Source: Macrostomum lignano
Lineage: Eukaryota
DNA: 31,496 nt
Assembly: GCA_002269645.1 (NCBI GenBank)
Contig: NIVC01004917.1
Location: forward strand, 1 to 31,496
Reading direction: 5' to 3'
In this document: positions 13,501-21,787 of the stretch, piece after piece
Layout: every line of letters starts with the position of its first letter
Numbering within the stretch: the stretch's first letter is position 1
Position numbers and translations under genes: made by a program
The notes under the pieces: model-generated
What the model was told of the DNA's origin: nothing
The model's database searches: none
What the model saw: the letters and a program-made list of their open reading frames with translations, nothing else

Positions 13501-16500
13501 CAAGGACCACTATAGCAGGGGTACTACAGTGGTCCTTGACTCGGGCGTACGGGAAAGGGTCGAACCTGCATGAGACGCCAGGGCTGATGCTGAAAGCACT
13601 ATAAACAAGAAATAAAACTCGTCTACAGTCTAAAAAATCACAAAATTTTGAAATTACGAGCGCGCCTGCTTGAAACGATGATAAACAAAGTAAATTTCTA
13701 CGCAAAATTTGATTGACATTCAAATTATTTTGTCGAAAATGTTCATCAGACAATATCCATTAGGAACAAGTGCAGAGGCGAGACTTTGAATATGAGGAAG
13801 TTGAATAATTCTGGTCAATATTTAGTCAGGTAGTGCAAACACAATCCCAGTGTTGTTGCAGATGGAATGCATGGGGAACTCAGTTGCACTTCTGCCCAGT
13901 CCGCTGACTTCTGAGCACACGCTCACACAGGGTGTACAGCAGCCCCTGACTTTCTAATCGTCAAACATGTACACTCTGTGAGCCTTGGGGCTCGGCCCTT
14001 ATGAATGCAAATCGCACTACAACGATTTGGGCTTTGGGCTAAAAAAACGCCCAAAAATTAATCTGGCCTCGCACGAAATCGAACCAGGGGTCGAGGCGCG
14101 CTCAGCCCCTCCCCCAGCAGTCAGTAACCGCTTTACTAACCCTGCATTGCAGTGCCCAACCAGTACTACTTCATCACCATTGTGGCCATCAAAGACGGAG
14201 TCCAGGCGGAGACGCCACTGCACGAGAAAACCCAGAGCGGGACCCGTAAGAAAATATTTAAACTATTAAAATTTTGTCTAGAGAGCTATTTATACTACTC
14301 ACAGTAACGTTTTTGCGCGCATGACTGTCTTTAATTAGTTAGCGGCGTAAATATTTCATTTTGAATGGTAGCATGAATATTGTTAATCTACGCTCATGTA
14401 TGCTGTCAGCCTCCATGGCTCTTCTTCGTTGATAATATTTCTAGCTGGGGACACTCCTGTCTAACAGGTGACACTCCTGTCTATCAGGTGACTCTCCTGT
14501 CTAACAGGTGACTCTCCTGTCTAACAGGTGACACTCCTGTCTAACAGGTGACACTCCTGTCTAACAGGTGGCACTCCTGTCTAACAGGTGACTCTCCTGT
14601 CTAACAGGTGACTCTTCTGTCTAACAGGTGACACTCCTGTCTAACAGGTGACTCTCCTGTCTAACAGGTGACTCTCCTGTCTAACAGGTGACTCTCCTGT
14701 CTAACAGGTGACACTCCTGTCTAACAGGTGACACTCCTGTCTAACAGGTGACTCTCCTGTCTAACAGGTGACTCTCCTGTCTAACAGGTGACTCTCCTGT
14801 CTAACCCTTAGGTACCCAATTAAATCAGAGCTGTATTATAAAGTACAGTGACCCATTTATCCCATTTTTATTGCGAATGCTACTACTATCAGCAACCATA
14901 AATATTAGAATTCCTGTTACGTTTAAATGCATTAAACAACAATGTGGTGCGAATATGAATATATAATTGCAATATTATCAATGCAAACATCAATTATCAA
15001 ACCTGCCCGTATGCTTCATTTACAGGTGGTCAAACTTGTAAGTATGAGTATCGTTTTTTGATTTAAACCGTTTTCTGTTGTCGTCAGCGCACAAATTTTC
15101 CTTCTACGAAACTACCGATGTATACCAGACAAAGTCTGCTGGTGCACTTGTACTTTAAGAAGCGCAACCACACTGAACGCAACCCAGCACCAACAAGTTC
15201 AAATCCATATGCTTTAAGCGTTTTGTCCGTTTTTATTCTGGCCCCGACAAATTTCTTTTCGGGGAGAGAAATAGCCAATTTAGTGAACCAATCTACAGAA
15301 CGAGCTAATGGCTTTTCTTAAATTTTGGTGTAGGTTACGAAAAAAACTTATGTACTACTTATAATCTGCATGTATTTAACTGGAAAGCGAGCTGGTCTCA
15401 ATAGTGTGTCAGCTCCCACTGAACCCTGACTGATAGAAGTGTGTCAGCTCCCACTGAACCCTGACTGATAGAAGTGTGTCAGCTCCCACTGAACCCTGAC
15501 TGATAGAAGTGTGTCAGCTCCCACTGAACCCTGACTGATAGAAGTGTGTCAGCTCCCACTGAACCCTGACTGATAGAAGTGTGTCAGCTCCCACTGAACC
15601 CTGACTGATAGAAGTGTGTCAGCTCCCACTGAACCCTGACTGACAGAAGTGTGTCAGCTCCCACTGAACTCTGACTGATAGAAGTGTGTCAGCTCCCACT
15701 GAACCCTGACTGATAGAAGTGTGTCAGCTCCCACTGAACCCTGACTGACAGAAGTGTGTCAGCTCCCACTGAACTCTGACTGATAGAAGTGTGTCAGCTC
15801 CCACTGAACCCTGACTGATAGAAGTGTGCCAGCTCCCACTGAACCCTGACTGATAGAAGTGTGTCAGCTCCCACTGAACCCTGACTGATAGAAGTGTGTC
15901 AGCTCCCACTGAACCCTGACTGATAGAAGTGTGTCAGCTCCCACTGAACCCTGACTGATAGAAGTGTGTCAGCTCCCACTGAACCCTGACTGACAGAAGT
16001 GTGTCAGCTCCCACTGAACTCTGACTGATAGAAGTGTGCCAGCTCCCACTGAACCCTGACTGATAGAAGTGTGTCAGCTCCCACTGAACCCTGACTGATA
16101 GAAGTGTGTCAGCTCCCACTGAACCCTGACTGATAGAAGTGTGTCAGCTCCCACTGAACCCTGACTGACAGAAGTGTGTCAGCTCCCACTGAACTCTGAC
16201 TGATAGAAGTGTGTCAGCTCCCACTGAACCCTGACTGATAGAAGTGTGTCAGCTCCCACTGAACCCTGACTGATAGAAGTGTGTCAGCTCCCACTGAACT
16301 CTGACTGACAGAAGTGTGTCAGCTCTACAGACCCTGACTGACAGAAGTGTGTCAGCTCAGACTGGCCCCTCCTGTCAGCTCACACTGGCTCTTCCTGTTA
16401 GTCACACTGGCTCTTCCTGTCAGCTCACACTGGCCCTGTCAGCTCCCACAGATCTGCACTCTCGCGAATTTCCGCAGACGACCGGCAGTCGCCCAGCGTC

Positions 16501-19500
16501 CCGCTGAACGTGAAGGCCACCGTCATGGACGGCCGTACAGCGGTGGTCAGCTGGACAGACCGGGACCTCGGCCTGCCCGGCTCGGACGCGGCCGGCCGCC
16601 TTTACGAAGTCGAACTCGCCGAGGATGCCACCTCGTCCAGATCGTCCTCGGCTGTCGTTGACGCGAAACCGCGCCGATTCAACACGACGGGGCTTCGACT
16701 GCGGCTGTCCCAGCTGCGCCCGTTCACCGCCTACGCGGCCAGGATCCGCTGCCACCTGGGCTACATGCAGAGCGACTTCAGCATGGTGGCCACCTTCGTC
16801 ACCAAGGCTGAGCCGCCGGGCACGCCGCCGCTGGAGCTGCGGGTGGCCCGCACCAGCCTGTCCGGCTCCGTGCTGCTCACCTGGCGGCCGCCGCTGGAGC
16901 CGAACGGGCCACTGACTGGCTACACAGTGTACTACGCTCCTCACGGCGGTCGGTTCATCAGCCGCAACGCCGCGGCTAAGGAGACTCAAATTGTTGTCAC
17001 CGGCCTGCAGCAGTCCAGTCTGTATGTGTTCAAGGTGCGCGCCGAGAACCAGGCGGGCGTCGGGCCGGCCACCAACTTGACAGCATTTATGACGCCGGAT
17101 GGTGAGTTCGAGGAGTGAGGTGGCTGCGGAGTGAGGTGGTTGCGGAGTGAGGTGGCTGCGGAGTGAGGTAGCTGCGGAGTGAGGTGGTTGCGGAGTGAGG
17201 TGGTTGCGGAGTGAGGTGGCTGCGGAGTGAGGTGGCTGGCGGAGTGAGGTGGCTGGCGGAGTGAGGTGGCTGGCGGAGTGAGGTGGCTGCGGAGTGAGGT
17301 GGCTGGCGGAGTGAGGTGGCTGCGGAGTGAGGTGGCTGCGGAGTGAGGTGGCTGCGGAGTGAGGTGGCTGCGGAGTAAGGTGGCTGGCGGAGTGAGGTGG
17401 CTGCGGAGTGAGGTGGCTGGCGGAGTGAGGTGGCTGCGGAGTGAGGTGGTTGTGGAATGAGGTGATAAATGGGGGCTAGGATAGCAGTTTAGCACTGCAT
17501 CAGCCTATCAAGCTTGTTATTCTTTAAACTGCCAACCCGCAGCAAACGGATACGGCGGCGGCATGGTGCTTGACGCAATTGCAGGATCAGGATCCCAATG
17601 TAAGCATAAAGTGAATGGTCAAGCTTTAGTTCAGCAACAATATCGATACTATAGCGTAGCTAAACTTACTTTTTCAGCCGACCCCCTCTGCAAGCGGCCA
17701 GCTCGCCGGATTCCGAGAGCGACCGGAAGCTGTGGTTCGTCATCGGCGGCGGATTCGGCCTGGCGATTGTGCTCCTGATTGTTGCCATAGCAACCGTGTG
17801 CCTCTGTCGAAGCGGCGAGGCAGCGGGCGGCACCGGAGGAGGCGGCGGCCGCCGGCGCAGACAGGCGGACCGGGCGGCCAAGGAGGAGGCGAGCCTGATT
17901 GGTCAAGAGGCGGCAGCCAATCAGCGGCACCCGGGCTCGCCACGGGCTCGTTCCGGCAAGAATTCGCCAGACGCGCAGGCGGCGGCGCTGCTGATATCGA
18001 CAGGCGGAGGCCAGCACCAGCTGCAGCACCAGCAACAGACGCCAGACCTCTGCCGCCGGTCGGAGAACTGCCTGGAGCTGCGGCACCTTCCACAGGCGGG
18101 CCGTGGCGCTGACGGCCCTGTAGGTGGACCGTTCGGCCGGAGCTCGGTGCACCCGCCGCACCACCTGGGCGGCGGCCACCTCGGCCTCGGAGGCGGGCGC
18201 GGCTTCATGGGCGAGCCGCTGCTGCTCGATCACCCGGGCGGCGCGTCGCCGAACCCACCGGGACACTTCAGGAACATCTCCAGCTCCGGGCTTTACCCGC
18301 CGGGGACGCCGCCGTCCTACCAGCCAGGCGCTGCTGCTGCTGCCATCGGGGCTTCGTCAAGAGGCCTTGCCTCGCCGCCGCGAGTTGACGCGCCCGACTT
18401 CAGCTCGGGTGAGCCGCGGCCTTGGTGTACATGGGCTGTTGTGGGGGGTCCTCGTTGTACATTGGTGTCGAGAGGGGGCGTCAATGTACATTGGTGTCGT
18501 GAGGGGGCGTCAGTGTGCATTGGTGTCGTGAGGGGGGCGTCAATGTACATTGGTGTCGTGAGGGGGCGTCAATGTACATTGGTGTCGTGAGGGGGGCGTC
18601 AATGTACATTGGTGTCGTGAGGGGGCGTCAATGTACATTGGTGTCGTGAGGGGGCGTCAATGTACATTGGTGTCGTGAGGGGGCGTTAATGTACATGGCT
18701 GTTGTGTGGGGAAGCTACACCGCACACAACTAAACAAGCTACACCCTCACTCGTTCCCACTCGCAAGCAGGCAAGCTGTCCAGCCCGCACTCGAGTCTCA
18801 GCTCTTCCATTGGTTCGCCATCCAAGCGACGTCCGTCTACATCGGCGGCGGCGGCAGTGGCGTCTGCAGCTGCACCGACGCTCATGCTGGCGTCGCTAGG
18901 CAACGGTCGCTCAGTCAACGTAACGCCTGACATTCTCAACCCGCCCGTTGCCCGTCCATCGCGCAGCCTGCACGGCGGCAACGGAGGCAGCGGCGGCGAC
19001 GGTGGCAGCGGCGGTGGCCTCGGCGGCGCATATAACGGAGGCGGCGCTGGTGGAGGCGGCGGCGGCGGATCCACATTCGACAGTCAGACGTCAAGAAGTG
19101 TATGTACCATTGGTGATCATGTTCCATAATGTAGATATGTGTTTTCTGTACGAGCGTATGGTGTACTGTGTATGCTGTATGGTGTACATGCTCTATGGTG
19201 TACATGCTCTATGGTGTACATGCTCTATGGTGTACATGCTGTATGGTGTACATGCTCTATGGTGTACATGCTGTATGGTGTACATGCTCTATGGTGTACA
19301 TGCTGTATGGTGTACATGCTCTATGGTGTACATGCTCTATGGTGTACATGCTCTATGGTGTACATGCTCTATGGTGTACATGCTCTATGGTGTACATGCT
19401 CTATGGTGTACATGCTCTATGGTGTACATGCTCTATGGTGTACATGCTCTATGGTGTACATGCTCTCTGGTATAAAGCATCCAAACCTCACTTGTGCCCA

Positions 19501-19596
19501 TTTCAGTTCGTGCTGTCAACCGAGGACATGACAAAGACTCTTGACGGCCTCATGAACGATCTGAGGTGCCTGACTAACAAAGAATTCGAGTGCTGA
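7515..19596 (+). CDS. NEO1: Neogenin/DCC/frazzled-family netrin receptor, spliced; join 7515(or 7637)..7785, 8889..8997, 10232..10803, 11888..12133, 14153..14245, 16478..17101, 17678(or 17695)..18408, 18771..19099, 19507..19596
   Basis: Six FN3 domains (the first only its C-terminal half), TM helix LWFVIGGGFGLAIVLLIVAIATVCLC, a P1-like PDL..E.LEL motif and a C-terminus EDMTKTLDGLMNDLRCLTNKEFEC* matching the DCC/frazzled P3 motif. All introns are GT-AG with compatible phases, except one 1-nt discrepancy at the TM exon. Confidence 0.9.
7637..7785 (+). CDS. NEO1: Neogenin-like exon: C-terminal half of FN3-1; the ORF is open upstream to ATG 7515
   Basis: RLSFVTKETGYIISGLQPDTAYTVQVSAQGSSDQLRSRPAVMTFRT; donor G|GTGAGT at 7786. 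The 5' boundary is uncertain. Confidence 0.8.
7790..8045. repeat. Minisatellite, 22-bp unit (gtggctgagtgaccctgcggtg), ~6 good copies plus degenerate ones
   Basis: Starts immediately after the exon donor. Confidence 0.9.
8199..8833. repeat. Minisatellite, 10-bp unit (gtgagggtca), ~63 copies
   Basis: Near-perfect period-10 array with a g>c variant. Confidence 0.97.
8889..8997 (+). CDS. NEO1: Neogenin-like exon: N-terminal part of FN3-2 (absent from the ORF track)
   Basis: ctggcag| then APSPDPVRSFRVLATNSTDLQISWDPPAAASDCLVV, then |gtgagt. Phases 1 and 2 fit both neighbouring exons. Confidence 0.85.
9869..10200. repeat. Minisatellite, 16-bp unit (ctagcaacaaaggacc), ~20 copies
   Basis: Period 16 verified at 9965/9981/9997. 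Confidence 0.92.
10232..10803 (+). CDS. NEO1: Neogenin-like exon: rest of FN3-2 plus FN3-3
   Basis: Contains LTWLPPPLPGRNGLLVGYRIRY and LAGLKPLRRYAAQVAARTVNGTG; acceptor cgcgcag|, donor a|gtgagt. Confidence 0.88.
10824..11750. repeat. G-rich minisatellite, ~30-31-bp unit (gggatagttttgggatagggaagtttgagtat), ~30 copies
   Basis: Direct inspection; starts ~20 nt after the donor. Confidence 0.95.
11888..12133 (+). CDS. NEO1: Neogenin-like exon: first part of FN3-4
   Basis: KRDSILLSWTRPSALVIPDKYVIYYGSQ...AYQIRNL; acceptor ctcag|, donor g|gtgaga. Confidence 0.87.
12165..13450. repeat. Degenerate ~21-24-bp minisatellite (gtgagattttggaatctcatg) with higher-order blocks
   Basis: Self-complementary core gagatt..aatctc; duplicated 198-bp and ~300-bp blocks. 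Confidence 0.93.
14153..14245 (+). CDS. NEO1: Neogenin-like exon: end of FN3-4
   Basis: TACTAAC branch point then ttgcag|; reads VPNQYYFITIVAIKDGVQAETPLHEKTQSGT; donor c|gtaag. The 93-nt length preserves phase 1. Confidence 0.87.
14450..14805. repeat. Minisatellite, 20-bp unit (ctaacaggtgactctcctgt), ~17.5 copies
   Basis: Near-perfect period 20; each unit contains the inverted repeat acagg..cctgt. Confidence 0.97.
15403..16345. repeat. Minisatellite, 35-bp unit (gtgtgtcagctcccactgaaccctgactgatagaa), ~27 copies
   Basis: Period 35; decays toward the next exon acceptor. Confidence 0.97.
16478..17101 (+). CDS. NEO1: Neogenin-like exon: FN3-5 and FN3-6
   Basis: SPSVPLNVKATVMDGRTAVVSWTD...LTWRPPLEPNGPLTGYTVYY...LYVFKVRAENQAGVGP; acceptor tttccgcag|, donor g|gtgagt. 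Confidence 0.92.
17113..17460. repeat. G-rich minisatellite, 16-17-bp unit (ggagtgaggtggctgc), ~21 copies
   Basis: Starts ~10 nt after the donor. Confidence 0.95.
17678..18408 (+). CDS. NEO1: Neogenin-like exon: TM helix and proximal cytoplasmic tail
   Basis: The strong acceptor cttactttttcag at 17677 is 1 nt out of frame (C5 run at 17682-17686). The weaker AAG acceptor at 17694 is in frame. Donor g|gtgagc. Confidence 0.82.
18456..18696. repeat. Minisatellite, 29-30-bp unit (aatgtacattggtgtcgtgagggggcgtc), ~8 copies
   Basis: Direct inspection. Confidence 0.93.
18771..19099 (+). CDS. NEO1: Neogenin-like exon: Ser/Ala/Gly-rich cytoplasmic segment
   Basis: Acceptor aagcag|, donor |gtatgt; phases 1 and 0 link the TM exon to the P3 exon. 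The sequence is low complexity, so family evidence is weak. Confidence 0.72.
19156..19470. repeat. Minisatellite, 16-bp unit (tggtgtacatgctcta), ~19 copies
   Basis: Period 16 verified. Confidence 0.96.
19507..19596 (+). CDS. NEO1: Neogenin-like last exon: P3 motif and stop
   Basis: ccatttcag| FVLSTEDMTKTLDGLMNDLRCLTNKEFEC TGA. Confidence 0.9.
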   Translation, partial: FVLSTEDMTKTLDGLMNDLRCLTNKEFEC

Positions 19597-19878
19597 ACCG
19601 CCTAAAAAAGAGCTTAGTGCAATGATCGATTAAATGTAATATTTTACCCTCTTCACTTAGAGGATGCTGCTGATAGTTCTAGCCAGTAACACATTCAGTA
19701 GTATTTGCTAATAATGTATTATTCTCTATATTCATATTTTCAAGCTAATTTTCCCCAGCCCCTATCTAATAGTGGCTTAAAGAGCTGAAATTTTAAAAAA
19801 GTTATTTAATTTGTGCAATTGAAAATCGCAAAGAATTATTTATATAAATTGCTGACAAGTGTACAAATGATTCTGTCG

Positions 19879-19888
19879 AATAAATAAA
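19879..19888 (+). terminator. Candidate polyadenylation signal (overlapping AATAAA x2) for the neogenin-like gene
   Basis: aataaataaa ~285 nt after the stop, followed by a T-rich sequence. Confidence 0.45.
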
Positions 19889-19916
19889 CGAGACGCACAA
19901 AAAATAACAAATTTTG

Positions 19917-19967
19917 TTTATTTAATTCTATCGACAACGAAAAGTATAATAATTTTCCGGGTTTATT
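19917..19967 (-). terminator. Candidate polyadenylation signals (AATAAA at 19917-19922 and 19962-19967) for FBXL16
   Basis: tttatt on the + strand, 205-255 nt past the FBXL16 stop. Confidence 0.4.
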
Positions 19968-20171
19968 TTTTTACTTTAAAATTGTTGCAATACTCGCTCA
20001 ATGCTACTGTTAGTAGAGCTTTTAGAAATTAAATTAAAAAATATATCCGATTAGCAACCTGACGAAATTGATCAGTGGTGATTTATACTACTGAAAGTGC
20101 AGTATTTTTTAACATGAATAACACGGCAACAACAGATAAGACATAAGTTAATAGTACACCAGCGCCTCGGG

Positions 20172-21725
20172 TTAGTAGTATATTCGGCAATGGGGCAGCT
20201 GTAGCTGAAGGTAATTTCGAATTCCACGACTGGCCGCGGCGCAGTTGGTCAGCTCCAGGGACTGCAGGCGGCGCGCCCGGATCAGGTGGCACAGGCCGTC
20301 CTCAGTGACCTTGGTGACGCCTGTGGGGTGGGGGAACCGGTTGGTGGTTACCGGTTGGTGGCTACTGGTTGATGATTACCGGTTGAGGATTTCCGGTTGA
20401 TGGCTACCGGTTGAGGGTTACCGGTGGAGGGTTTACTAATTGGTTACCGGTTGGTGGCTACCAGTTGGTGGCTACCGGTTGGTGACTACCGGTTGATGGC
20501 TACCGGTTGGTGACTACCGGTTGATGGCTACCGGTTGGTGGTTCACGGACTACTTAATTGTCGTTTATATACTTAAGTCTACTTAAGTAGTCCGTGTGGT
20601 GGTTACGGGTTGAGGGTTACCGGCTGGTGGCTACCGGTTGATGGCTACCGGTTGGTGGCTACCGGTTGGTGGCTACCGGTTGGTGGCTACCGGTTGGTGG
20701 CTACCGGTTGGTGGCTACCGGTTGGTGGCTACCGGTTGATGGCTACCGGTAGGTGGCCACCGGTTGGTGGCTACCGGTTGGTGGCTACCGGTTGGTGGCT
20801 ACCGGTTGGTGGCTACCGGTTGGTGGCTACCGGTTGGTGGCTACCGGTTGAGTTAGAGGCGACCACGAAATTCAATTTTATCTTAAGGGGAGAGGACCAG
20901 AGGACTCGTGGTAAAGGAAGCGAGAAGTAACTCCGGAATTCTGGGTGGGTAGCGTAATTCTACTGACGAAAATAGTTCACCCCGCAGCCAGGGGATGATG
21001 GAGCGGGAGAGGAAACAGCTGTGTCGCCTTCTGCTGCCTTGTGGCAATTCTGGAACCGGCTGCCCAGCTGCTTCATGTGACTCTCTGATGTCAGTCGGTG
21101 GAAAGCTACTGATGAACTCAAGAGGCTGGGCCAGGGATACAGACTTATAAAGACAATTACAGTGTTTCACAGGTAGTTAGAGATGTCTACAAACTGTTAC
21201 AGGTATTTACAAACTTTTACAGACACATATTGAATCTATATCTATAGAAAGAATCTACAGACTTTCACAGTCATTTAGAGATACGAGCTATCTACAACCT
21301 TATACTGGTCGGAACTATTTACTTGTAAATAGCTTGTAAATAGCAGATAGCTTGTAAATAGCAGATAGCTTGTAAATAGCAGATAGCTTGTAAATAAAGG
21401 CAAATACAGTCATTTACAGACAGTTACTGACATTCAAAGGCTAGTTACGAATACATGCAGTCCTTTACAAAATTTCACGGATATTTACAGTTATTTCGAG
21501 ATTGGCAAACTTGAGATCGGCATTTCTTACCTGACAGTGAGAGCTGGGTCAGAGTTCGAATCCCGGTGGCGTGTCTGACTGCGGTGTCGCTGAGGCCGGA
21601 GCACCAGCGAAGGCTGAGCAGGCGCAGCTTCGGCATAGTGGACAGGTAGCCAACTCCGATGTCCGAGATGGCCGGACACCTGCGATTGGCGGGGTTAAAC
21701 ATTTTTAATCCGGAATGTCTGTCTA

Positions 21726-21787
<62 letters not shown>

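Noticed and set aside
14050-14145. Possible tRNA gene
   Set aside because: A- and B-box-like motifs are present but the acceptor and T stems do not pair; kept only as a SINE-like finding.
15403-16345. CRISPR-like 35-bp repeats (also the 30-, 34- and 56-bp arrays)
   Set aside because: Head-to-tail units with no unique spacers, no cas genes, and a eukaryotic intronic context.
16420-18266. GC-rich antisense and alternate-frame ORFs over exons (e.g. 10173-, 16420-, 17649-, 22955+, 23215+, 29219+)
   Set aside because: Shadow ORFs of GC-rich coding exons on the other strand or frame.
20895-21075. RTRG...WNRLP words reminiscent of a CR1/L2 ORF2 C-terminus
   Set aside because: Different frames, spacing too long, stops between them, and no RT motifs or tail.
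21107-21113. CTGATGA hammerhead core candidates (also 526 and 30184 on +, 13743 and 27345 on -)
   Set aside because: None has a stem II followed by GAAA and a matching stem III.
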